Source: Squalus acanthias
Taxonomy: Eukaryota
Assembly (NCBI GenBank): GCA_030390025.1
Contig: CM059432.1
Location: forward strand, 139,378,001-139,442,000
DNA length: 64,000 nt
Direction of reading: 5' to 3'
This document shows positions 23,013 to 33,614 of the stretch, piece by piece (the first letter of the stretch is position 1; the number at the start of each line of letters is the position of its first letter). The position numbers were made by a program, and so were the translations under genes. The notes under the pieces are model-generated. The model searched no databases. It was not told the origin of the DNA and was given only the letters and a program-made list of their open reading frames with translations.

Positions 23013-23280
23013 TTAGGGTTGCCAATCCTCCAGGATTGTCCGGGAGTCTCCAGGAATTGAAGACTGGTCTCCAGGACACTGCTGGGAGCAAGTCCGGGAG
23101 AAAAATCACAGGGGCGTTAAAATAAATTGAGGGTTCTTTTTTTCATTTTCTTTAAAGACTTTTGTTTATTAATTACAAAAATATTGGAGATGGAAATAAA
23201 GACTGTTTGACTGGACGGGGCGGTTGGAGGCAGGATGCCGTGTGACGAAACCTCCAAGAATAGGTTCAACCCCCCCTCCC
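23013..23280 (-). mobile_element. Partial hAT-like MITE (TAGGGTTGCCA family); another stub at ~8855-8900
   Basis: TAGGGTTGCCAATCCTCCAGGATT... is the reverse complement of the right half of 36650-37024. Confidence 0.7.
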
Positions 23281-24186
23281 AACCCCCGCCATACATGTAA
23301 ACTTTGCAGAGCTCAGTGATCGACGGATTTTTTTTTCTTAAAACATCCTTCCTGTACATTTCCGGAGTGTTTATGAAATTAGTTGTTTCGACGCACTTGC
23401 AGACACAACCTACACGTTGACAAGGAGGATTGCCAAAATGTACATGCTGCGCTCAGCTATACGATCATGAACTTCGGTGTTAAAAGTTGTCTCGAGATAA
23501 TAGGCCGCCAGATGCATTGGATCTGGAGCTGAATTCAAGCACATGGCACAAGTTTTAAATGATATCTGAGGCTAGCTTAGTCTCATTTTTTTTTTCAATT
23601 CATCATTCAAGGTTCTATCTAAACATATAAAATTGCAGCTCGTACGGCCTGATAAATGCTTGTGTTGTCGCCAACCATAGGTCATATTTGCAATTGGAGA
23701 TCTACATATCTGACTCAGCTAAACCCGTGGAATTACAGCTGGAAGACCTTGATTAGCACAGGCATGCCACCGAGGAACATGGGAACAGGAGTAGGCAATT
23801 CAGCCCCTCGAGCCTGTTTTGCTATTCAATTAGATCATGGCTAATCTGTCTCTGAACTCCACCTACCCGCCTTAGCTCAGTAACCATAATACCCCTGTCT
23901 AACAAAAAATCTATCTATCTCAGTTTTGACATTTTCAATTGACCCCCCCAGCCTCAACAGCTTTTTAGGGGAGAGAGTTCCAGATTTCCACTACCCTTTG
24001 TGTGAAGAAGTGCTTCCTGGCATCACCCCTGAATGGCCTAGTTCTAATTTTAAGGTTACGCCCCCTTGTTCTGGACTCCCCCCCCCCCCCCCCCGCCCCA
24101 CCCCCCACTAGAGGAAATAGTTTCACTTAACTAGCAACTCCTTTAATCATCAACACCACAATTAGATCACCCCTTAATCTTCTATC

Positions 24187-24745
24187 TGTCATGATGTGGA
24201 GATGCCGGTGTTGGACTGGGGTGGACAAAAATGAGAAGTCGCACAACACCAGGTTATAGTCCAACAGATTTATTTAAAATTACAAGCTTTCGGAGCTGTC
24301 GCTCCTTCTTCAGGTAGGGTAGCTGTGAGAGAATCTCCCAGAATTCACAATATAAACACAGAAAAAATGTATTCAAATCTTTCCCTACATCAAAGACACA
24401 CTAAGAGCACAGCCAAGACAATGAGATGTGTCCCAGGGGGTCCAACGTGTCAAAACACCTGCTGGCTGCATATCCTCTCCATTTGGGTTTGGTTCTTGTG
24501 TTAGTTTTTTTTTAAACCTGGAAAGACCGGCCATGATGTCAAGTCACGTTCTGTATCGTGACATGAACCCGATATCGCGATTGAGGCCATCCTCATGAGT
24601 GCGGAACTTGGCTATCAGTTTCTGCTCTATGATTTTGCGCTGTCGTGTATCCCGAAGGCCGCCTTGGAGAACGCTTACCCGCAGATCCGAGGCTGAATGC
24701 CCCTGGCTGCTGAAGTGTTCCCCGACTGGGAGGCAACCCTCCTGC
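24187..24745 (-). mobile_element. 5'-truncated Penelope-like retroelement (endonuclease C-terminus plus 3' terminal repeat)
   Basis: PVGEHFS..GHSASDLRVSVLQ...RKIIEQKLIAKFRTHEDGLNRD to a stop at 24544; flanked by the direct repeat CTTCTATC (24179-24186, 24746-24753). Confidence 0.85.
24281..24316 (-). ncRNA. Minimal type-I hammerhead ribozyme motif (Penelope-associated)
   Basis: Minus strand UAC-CUGAAGA-A-GGAGC-GACA-GCUCC-GAA-AGCU-U-GUA: core boxes, 5-bp stem II, palindromic stem III, 3-bp stem I. Confidence 0.65.
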
Positions 24746-25011
24746 CTTCTATCCTCAAGGGAATACAAGCCTAGTCTATGCAACCAGTCCTCATAATTTA
24801 ACCCTTTTTAGCCCCAGTATCTTTCCGATGAAAAGTTTGTGTAATTAGTAAGTAATTTTGACTGGGGCCTTTTATTTTAAACAAAAAGACTTATTCAAAC
24901 AATTTCTGTCACGACAGTTGCCAAAGAAGCCCATTCTGACAGATCTGATATTTTAACCAGCAGTGTGAAATTAACCAGGTTTTAAAACAAGCCTATTGAA
25001 TAAAACACAAT

Positions 25012-26545
25012 GGCCCGGATTTTGCGGTAAGAATAACGGTGAGGCTATCAGCGCTCACTGTTATTAAAGTCTAAATCGGACAGCAACTTCCGGCGTCCAC
25101 ACATGCGCAGTTAAAGGCGGAAATCAGGAAGTTGCTGTCCGAGCTGCCCTGCTCCTCCACTAGCTTTGCTCCACCAGTACCTCGCCCAGGGACTCGGCAT
25201 TCACACATATGGAAGGGCGTGATGTTGCGGTACTTACCCACGAGTTACCCACTAAACACGCCAGTAAAGGTTCGGGCTTGTCCATTCAATTGTAAGTGAA
25301 TTTTTAACGACATAGTAAGTCTTAATTACTGCTAAACAACTTCTCTGGCACTGAAAATGTACTGGCCCTGAAATTCGCCTCTCCGGCTTGCCGCGGGGGT
25401 AAGGATTGCGCACGCACTTACCTACCGCGCCTGCCGTTGACCTCTGGGCCCACAGGAACTTCAGCTCCTGGGCCTGCTCCAAGTGCCGGCGCGCAGTGCT
25501 TGCGTGTCCCAGGGGCGTAGTTAGTGCGATGCGTCCTCTGGGATCACGTGGGCCATGGAGAGCCAATGGCAGCAGACCATCTTTCATTCATAGATTTGAC
25601 AGGAAGACCTGTCAAATCTATGAATTGAAATCGGCCCCAAAAGAACACCTAAACTTAAAATAATTTTTTTTTAAAACCATCACATTTATAAAATAACTAT
25701 AAGTTAAATAAATTAACTACTTTAAACAAATATTTAAATTTTTGAAAAAATTAAAATACTTTTTAACAGTGCTAAAAATAAACTTACTTTTCTTTAAAGT
25801 ATCTAAAAAAGATAAACCTGTTGAAAAAAATTTAAATTATAATTAATTAACCACTTACCTTGTTGAAAATGAGTCCTGCGCCTCCTTTTTAAAAGCGCAG
25901 GTTCTTCAATACTTACCTTCCTGGAGAAACCTGAAAAAAAAACTACGTTTGCTACGTGCGCGCAGCCTCTCCCGCGCACGCGGTTCACCTCTGAACCGCT
26001 CCCTTCACCAGACCGGAAGTTCCGGTTTCCCGCGCATGCGCAGTGCATGCAGGAAACCGGCACTTCAGGACGCCTTACGGGTGAGTACACAGCGCGTACT
26101 CACCCGGCAAGTGCCGAATTTTTGGCCCACTGTAAACAAGTGTGGAGTCTCATTCCTGCAGATTTTAACTATTGTTGGAGATTTAAAAAAATTAAAAAAT
26201 TATCTTTTTTTTAACATTTTTTTTTAATTTCTCTCTCTTAATCCCATCTTTCTTTCCCTCCTTATTTTGCTTTCTGTACATGCTTTTACATTGAATTAAA
26301 TATTCTAACTGACACTTCCTGGTTTAGACTCTGCGTGGCTTATTAACAATTTTTCAATCTGATTGGTTAAGGAGACACACAGTTGCTTGTCCTGTACACA
26401 CAGGTCTCAGATCCCCTGTAGAGGGCATCGCGCTGTTTCGGTTTTCTAATTATCACAAATCGCAGTGTAAAATCCCACATGAAGTCTGTGAGCAAGTGTA
26501 AATGTAATGAACAGCGAGCGCCGTTCGTTCGCTGCTGACTGCAAA
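25012..26545. mobile_element. Harbinger-type non-autonomous element (outer), interrupted by 25364-26128; right end truncated
   Basis: Starts GGCCCGGATTTTGC after AAT; homologous to 969-1432; ends near GCTGACTGCAAAA at a CR1 junction. Confidence 0.6.
25364..26128. mobile_element. PIF/Harbinger-type MITE, 765 bp (inverted relative of 56065-56849)
   Basis: Ends GGCCCTGAAATT / AATTTTTGGCCC, TSD ACT (25361-25363, 26129-26131), GC-rich arms with an AT-rich core. Confidence 0.85.
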
Positions 26546-27163
26546 AGTGTGGATGAGCAGAGAGCCCTTGGTGTTCATATACACAAATCCTTAAAGGTGG
26601 CAGGGCAAGTTGATAAAGTGGTTCATTTATTTTTTATTTGTTCATGGGATGTGGGCGTCGCTGGCAAGGCCAGCATTTATTGCCCATCCCTAATCGCCCT
26701 TGAGAAGGTGGTGGTGAGCCGCCTTCGTGAACCACTGCAGTCTGTGTGGTGAAGGTGCTCCCACAATGCTGTTAGGGAGGGAGTTCCAGGATTTTGACCC
26801 AGAAATAGAGGAATCGAATATAAAAGCAAAGAGATCTTGCTAGAACTTTATAAATCACTGGTTAGGCCTCAGCTGGAGTATTGTGGACAATTCTGGGCAC
26901 CACACTTCAGGAAAGATGTAAAGGCCTTAGAAAGGGTACAGAGGAGGTTTACCAGGATGTTACCAGGGACTTCAGTTATGTGGCGAGGTTGGAAAAGTTA
27001 GGACTGTTCTCCTTGGAACAGAGAAGGTTAAGAGGTGACCGAATAGAGGTTTTCAAGATGATGAGGGGTTTTGATAGAGTAGAGAGAGAAAAACTATTCC
27101 CTCTGGCGAGTGGGTCAATAACCAGAGGTCATAGATTTAAAATCATTGACAAAAGATCTAGAG

Positions 27164-30100
27164 TGTGGCAGATCGCCACCTAAACGGGCATTACCCACTT
27201 TTCCGTCCGTGGACAATATATCGATGCACCTTCCCTTTAAGGCACCTTACCTTTAAGGCAGGAGTGGGCGGGGCCTCAGGATTTTTCCAGAGAATTCTGG
27301 GAGCAGTCTGGGCAGCCATTTTTTGTACCATGCAGTTGCATTAAAGTCTTTCTTTTTCCACACATGGATTCAGCCTTAATTCGTGTTTCGCGGCAGCCTC
27401 AACATTGGTGACCCCTACGCTCAGAACGTATTCCGAGCACTGCAATGGCGGACACGAACGCAGTTTCCGTGAAACTGCCGGAGTTTTGGGAAAACCAGCC
27501 CGAGGCCTGGTTTCTCCAAGCTGAATCGCGCTTCTGGCTGCAACGCATCACCACAGATGGGACGAAGTACGACTATCTCGTCACATCACTCGGTAGCGTC
27601 ACAGTTTCGAAGGTTTGGACAACGCTGCAGAACCCACCAGAGGAAGGTAAGTACGCACATCTCAAGACAGCGCTCCTTAAAAAATTTACGGCCTCGGCAT
27701 ATCAGCGAAACTGCCACCTCCTCGACCTTCCAGGCCTCGGTGATGCCTCACCGTCAGACCTCCTCTCCCACATGCTCTCCCTCACCGACGAGAGCCCACC
27801 CGGATCCCTCTTCCGCACGCTGTTCATCCGCCGCTCCAACAGTCCCTGGGCCTCCCCACTCCACATCGCCCCCAAACCAGGCGGAGGTTGGCGCCCCTGC
27901 GGGGATTACCGCCACCTCAATGACGCCACCACCCCTGATCGGTACCCCGTGCCGCACATTCAGGACTTCTCGGCTAGACTGGCCGGCCGCTCAGTCTTTT
28001 CCAAGGTCGACCTGGTGCGCGGCTACCACCAAGTCCCCGTCCACCCCGCGGACGTCCCCAAGACGACCGTAATCACCCCCTTCGGCCTGTTCGAGTTCCT
28101 GCGGATGCCCTTCGGCCTCAAAAACGCGGCCCAGGCATTCCAATGGCTCATGGATTCAGTCCTTCGGGACCTGAAGTTCCTGTTCGTCTACCTGGACGAC
28201 ATCCTGGTAGCCAGTTCCTCCAAGCAGGAACACCTCGAACACCTTCGCATCCTGTTCGGGCGCGGCCTCAGCGACCACGGGCTCATCCTCAGCCCAGCCA
28301 AATGCCAGTTCGGCCTGGACAAGATCAACTTCCTCGGCCACCACATCACCCATGCTGGGGCCATTCCCCTGCCCACCAAGGTGCAGGCCGTCCAACAATT
28401 TCCCCGCCCCACCACCATCAAAGGCCTCCAGGAGTTCCTCGGGATGGTGAATTTCTATAACCGCTTCATCCCCAAAGCGGCATCCCTCATGATGCCACTG
28501 TATGAAGCCCTCCGGGGCAGGAGCGGCAAGATGGCAGTCGAATGGACGGCAGACGCGTCCGCCACCTTCGACTCCACCAAGACCGCGCTCGCCAACGCCA
28601 CCCTGCTCACGCACCCACGGCCCAATGCCAGGGTAGCGCTCACCACGGACGCCTCCGACCACGCAGTCGGCGCCGTGTATGAGCAGTGGGTCGACGGCGC
28701 CTGGCAACCACTTGCCTTCTTCAGCCGCCAACTACGCCCCCCGGAGGTCAAGTACAGCACCTTCGACCGCGAGCTCCTCGCGCTGTTCCTGGCGGTCCGC
28801 CATTTCCGGTTTTTGCTTGAGGGCCACCCCTTCACTGCGTTTGTTGACCACAAGCCCCTGACATTCGCAATGGCAAAGACAACCAACCCCTGGTCCGCCA
28901 GGCAGCAGCGCCAGCTCGCGGCAGTGTCCGAGTTCACCACGGACATCCAACACATCTCCGGCCGAGACAATGTGGTAGCCGACTGCCTCTCCCGCCCCGC
29001 CATCCACGCCGCACACCTAGCAGTCGACTACGCTCAACTCGCAGCAGACCAGATCACCGACCCTGATCTGCTCTCCGCACCCACCAACCTACCAGGGCTA
29101 CGCCTGGCCGACGTCGCCTGTGGCCCGACCGCAGTCACGGTCAAGTGCGACATATCCCTATGTCAACCTCGGCCCGTCGTCCCAGCGTCCTGGCGCCGCC
29201 GGGTATTCGACATTCTCCACAACCTCTCCCACCCCGGCGCCCGCGCATCCATCAAATTGGTAGCCAACCGCTTCGTCTGGCGCGGCCTTCGCAAGGATGT
29301 GCGTACTTGGGCCAACTCCTGCCTAGCCTGCCAACGAGCCAAGGTACAGCAACACACGAAAGCACCCCTCGAGGAGTTTACCGTCCCCTCGCGGAGATTC
29401 GACCACATCCACGTGGACATCGTCGGGCCCCTGCCACCGTCGCAAGGCCACACGCACTTGCTGACCATCGTTGACCGCACCACACGCTGGCCTGAGGCAA
29501 TTCCACTGACCTCTTCCACCACCGCCGACATCGCCAGAGCCTTCGTCAGCACCTGGGTCGCACGGTTCGGCATCCCCTCCGACATGACGTCGGACAGAGG
29601 TCCGCAATTTACCTTTGAACTCTGGGCCGCCGTCGCACGCAATCTCGGGGTGACCATTCACCGCACCACAGCGTACCACCCCCAAGCCAACGGACTGTGT
29701 GAGCGGTTCCACAGATCCTTGAAGGCATCTCTTCGAGCCAGCCTCCAAGACGGCGCCTGGACTGACCGACTTCCGCGGTTAAAGAAGACCTCCACACATC
29801 GGCAGCAGAGCTCGTGTACGGTCAGCCGCTGCGCGTACCCGGCGAGTTCCTGCCCACCGCCACGACACCCTGGTCAGCCGACCAGCAACGCCACGACTTC
29901 GCCACACCAGCGCTGCAGTTCGCCCCGGTGCCCATTGCCCGACACGGCGAATCCACCTCACACGTCCCACTAAGCCTGCACCAGGCACGGTTTGTTTTCG
30001 TCCAGCACGACGCCCACCGCGGACCCCTTCAACCCCCGTACGACGGGCCCTACAAGGTGCTACAGGCTGGGGACAAATTTTTCACCCTGCAAGTGGGTGA

Positions 30101-30578
30101 CAGGACCGAAAAAGTGTCGGTTGACCGACTCAAGCCAGCACACTCGGAGCCCGGTGAGCAGGTACCTGTAGCTCATCCACCTCCACGTGGCCGACCTGCC
30201 CTCAAGCCGGTTCACCCGGCTGCTCCACGCCCGGCCGTTCAACGTCCACCGGCGTCCTACAAGAGCCGCTCCGGCCGGCCCATCAGACCGCCGCACCATC
30301 TCGTCCACACCTCCTAAGCGGATTCTGGGGGGAGCTGTGTGGCGGACCGCCACCTAAACGGGCATTACCCACTTTTCCGTCCGTGGACAATATATCGATG
30401 CACCTTCCCTTTAAGGCACCTTACCTTTAAGGCAGGAGTGGGCGGGGCCTCAGGATTTTTCCAGAGAATTCTGGGAGCAGTCTGGGCAGCCATTTTTTGT
30501 ACCATGCAGTTGCATTAAAGTCTCTCTTTTTCCACACATGGATTCAGCCTTAATTCGTGTTTCGCGGCAGCCTCAACA
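27164..30578 (+). mobile_element. Ty3/Gypsy LTR retrotransposon, internally deleted, 3415 bp
   Basis: 241-bp TG..CA LTRs (27164-27404, 30338-30578) differing at 3 positions by eye; TSD AGAG; PBS TGGTGACCCCtACG from 27406; purine tract GGGGGGAG at 30327-30334. Confidence 0.96.
27445..30317 (+). pseudogene. Gag(N-terminal)-RT-RNaseH-integrase fusion ORF lacking protease; frameshift near 29775
   Basis: KLPEFW..PEAWF Gag start; SPWASPLH, RMPFGLKNA, YLDD; TDAS; H..H..CLAC; HVD/SDRG/CERFH; the integrase tail (KEDL..SAAELVYGQPL, PPYDGPY) continues in ORF 29814..30317. Confidence 0.92.
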
Positions 30579-31021
30579 AGAGGGAAGATGAGGAGAATTC
30601 TTTTCACTCAGAGAGTTGTGGGGATCTGGAACGCTCGACCTGAAAAGGTGGTGGATGCTGATTCAATAAATAATTTTAAAGGGAGTTGGACGGGTTCTTG
30701 AGGTTGAGGAACTTACAGGGTTACGGACAAAAAGCAGGAATGTGGGACTGAGCACGACTGCTCTTTCAAAGAGCCAGCACAGGCACGATGGGCCAAATGG
30801 CCTCCTTCTGTGCTGTATATTTTCTATGATTCGATAATTCTATGAAAATCCAGGCTGTTCTCTTAGTAAAATGATCCTGTTATAACATTACAAGTACAGT
30901 GACGAGGCGTGTCCCACCGTATCTAACCATGGAGTACAGTGAGCAAGCTTTTCCTGTGCTCTTATTCCACTCAAATTAAAGAGAGGCACTCTCATCGCGG
31001 GTACACGCAGAGTTTAATAAA

Positions 31022-31375
31022 AAACATAGAAACATAGAAAAATAGGAGCAGGAGTCGGCCATTCGGCCCTTCGAGCCTGCTCCGCCATTCAATATGATCA
31101 TGGCTGATCCGCTATCTCAATACCATATTCCCACTCTCTCCCCATATCTTAATGCCTTTTGTGTCTAGAAATCTATCTATCTCCTTCTTAAATATATTCA
31201 GTGACTTGGCCTCCACAGCTGTCTGTGGAAGAAATTTCTCCTCATCTCAGTCCTAAATGTCCTACCCCGTATCCTGAGACTGTGACCCCTCGTTCTAGAC
31301 ACCCCCCCAGCCAGGGGAAACATCCTCCCTGCATCCAGTCCATCTAGCCCTGTCAGAATTTTATACGTTTCAATA
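31022..31375 (-). mobile_element. CR1 3' fragment (a further + strand tail at ~31595-31830)
   Basis: (TTCTATGT)n tail and the RLDWMQGG/SRTRGHSLRIRG region on the minus strand. Confidence 0.82.
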
Positions 31376-32671
31376 AAATGATCACCCCCTTAGCATTTTT
31401 TCTTCAGTCAGGTCTATTTTTTCAGCAACTTTACAAGTCATGATATTTTTTAAAAATTAAAGTTTCTGTAGCGGTACATTAAATAAAGGCATGTTGGTAA
31501 TCACTCTGTTTGGAGAACTGATCTCAAAATGGCCGGCTTAGAAAAGTTAGAGAGAGACCAGATCAACATAACCTACATTTATTAAAAGAACGTCTTCACC
31601 CAGAGAGTGGTGAGAATGTGGAACTAACTCGCTCCCACATGGAGTGGTTGAGGCGAATAGCATTTAAGGGGAAGCTGGATAAACACATGAGTGAGAAAGG
31701 AATGGAAAGATATGTCGATAGGGTGAGATGAAGAGGGGTGGGAGAAGGCTCATGTGGAGCATGGACACCAGTATGGACCAGTTGGGCTGAATGGCCTGTT
31801 TCTGTGCTGTACATTCGATGCAATTCTATGTAACTATTTACAGTGAGTACAAGAAAATGCTTAGTTTTGGGGCAGGTTCCAGGCACAAGGTAAGTAAAGT
31901 TTTGGTAATTTCATTTATGGCATATGGCTCCTTTAACAGAAATTTGTGTTGTAGACATGAATAGGAAAATATTTATTAAAGGCTCCCAACTTTTGTTTAT
32001 AAGTAGAATTTGCCCGTGGCGTTGTGGGTTCCCAGGTGGACTGGGCTGTATCTACATCTCATTGCTAAATTTTAAAGGCCAGAGGGAATTGTGTCATCCG
32101 GAGAGGTGAGGAGTGGAGAATTATGGGCCTACTCTACTTTTCTGGCTCTCGCAAAAACATTCGATAATAATGCTGCATAAGTGTGCACAAAGAACTTTGA
32201 TATAATACTCACGGCAGTGAAGGGAGCATTAGGGTTAACATGAGCATCAGTGGTCTGAGTGAAGCGTGGGATGGAAATTCCTGGATCGGAGCCACATGAC
32301 TGCAAGGTCCAAATAAAATAAGAGAGAATCATTATTCATTACTTGAAAATCCAAAGATTCATAACAATGTTCTTCGACCACATTTTTGTTGCATGAGTGG
32401 CAGCCATTTTGTTTCTTTAACTGGACAAACAATATCAGCTCACCAAGCATTGATCATCTCAAGTACCAGTAACAAGTAGCAGATCACAAACATCAGAACT
32501 GCTTCGAAAAAAAAATCAAATCTGTCATGTGTTGATTAAACCTCAACCAGCGTAAATTGTGAATTCACCTGACAAACTAACAAAACACGATGGCTCCTCT
32601 CTAGGTCTCCTGCCAGCTTCTCTACTTATAGCTCTTATTTAAGCCGCTGCAACTCCCTGGGTCCTGGCCCA

Positions 32672-33020
32672 CTGCACCTCCACCTCCTCCTCCTCCTCCA
32701 CCTCCTCTTTCAACTCCTCCACCTCCTCCTCCTCCTCCTTTTCCACCTCCACATCCTCCTCCTCCACCTCCACCTCCTCTTCCTCCATTGTCTTCCTCCT
32801 CCAACACATCCTCCTTCTCCTTCTCCTTCTCCTCCACTCCTCTTCCACCTCATCCTTTTCCTCCTCTACCTCCTCTTTTTTCTCCTCCTTTTCCTCCTCC
32901 ACCTCCTCCTCCTCCTTTTCTCCTCCTGCTCCTCCTTTTCCTCTTCCTCCACCTCCTCCTCCTTTTTCTCCTCCACCTCCTCCTTTTCCTCCTCCTCCTC
33001 CTCTTCCTCCTCCTCCTCCA
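32672..33020. repeat. Degenerate (CCT)n pyrimidine-rich low-complexity tract
   Basis: About 350 bp almost only C/T on the + strand (GAG/GAA-rich on the minus strand). Confidence 0.92.
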
Positions 33021-33614
33021 ACCACAATGGCAGTAGAAGCCCCAAGCCCATTGAAACCAATCAGAAATTTGCCGACTCACCAAATTACTTTCACAAACGA
33101 TTGCTGTCAGTTACAGCAGCCAAAACTCCACCCAAAAGCTCAAAATCTGCGCTCTTTCTGAGTTGTCGTGTTTGTTCTCAGCTATTTAATCGGGCCGTGT
33201 GGTTGGTCTGTGGGGTCAGCTACTGGCTGCGCCGTGAGCGAGGTCTCTGATTGGTCATTGATCTTGCTGTGCTGTAGCCTGATCGATTTTCCAGCAAAGG
33301 TTGACGTAAGCACAGTGTGATATGAATGGAGGAGGCAAATACCCAATTAACGGAGTACATCACGCATCACGCCATTCCAGCAATGGCAGCCTCCACGTAC
33401 TGCAGCAGTCTGTTTTGGATTTGGTTTTGGACTCATAACTCAGTATAGATATTCTTACCTAATTACAATGTCGAGCCATATCGAACATTTAGACCAATTG
33501 GTTTTAGACTGTTACACTAAGCATAGGGTGCTCCTTTATTACTATTTAGCTGCTTGTCTAAGAAATGGGTGACCTTGTCCATTGGAGTTAGCCAAGTTCA
33601 ACTGTAAGTCGAAG

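Larger units (their letters stand above)
23775..24830 (-). mobile_element. CR1 3' fragment split by a Penelope insertion
   Basis: Same subfamily as 6160-7680 and 53258-53643; continuous across 24187-24745. Confidence 0.8.
26548..30845 (+). mobile_element. Decayed CR1 3' fragment hosting the Gypsy insertion
   Basis: LEKLGLFSLEQRRLRGD...RGHRFKII before 27163 resumes as MRRILFTQRVVGIWN after 30579. Confidence 0.8.

Noticed and set aside
27557..30353. Overlapping and antisense ORFs in the Gypsy and Harbinger interiors (for example 28156-28731, 10622-11428)
   Set aside because: Shadow frames of GC-rich coding DNA with no recognisable motifs.
32622..33083. Poly-Gly/Glu/Arg ORFs as real genes
   Set aside because: Stop-free frames are expected in a (GAG)n-type tract; no splice or domain support.
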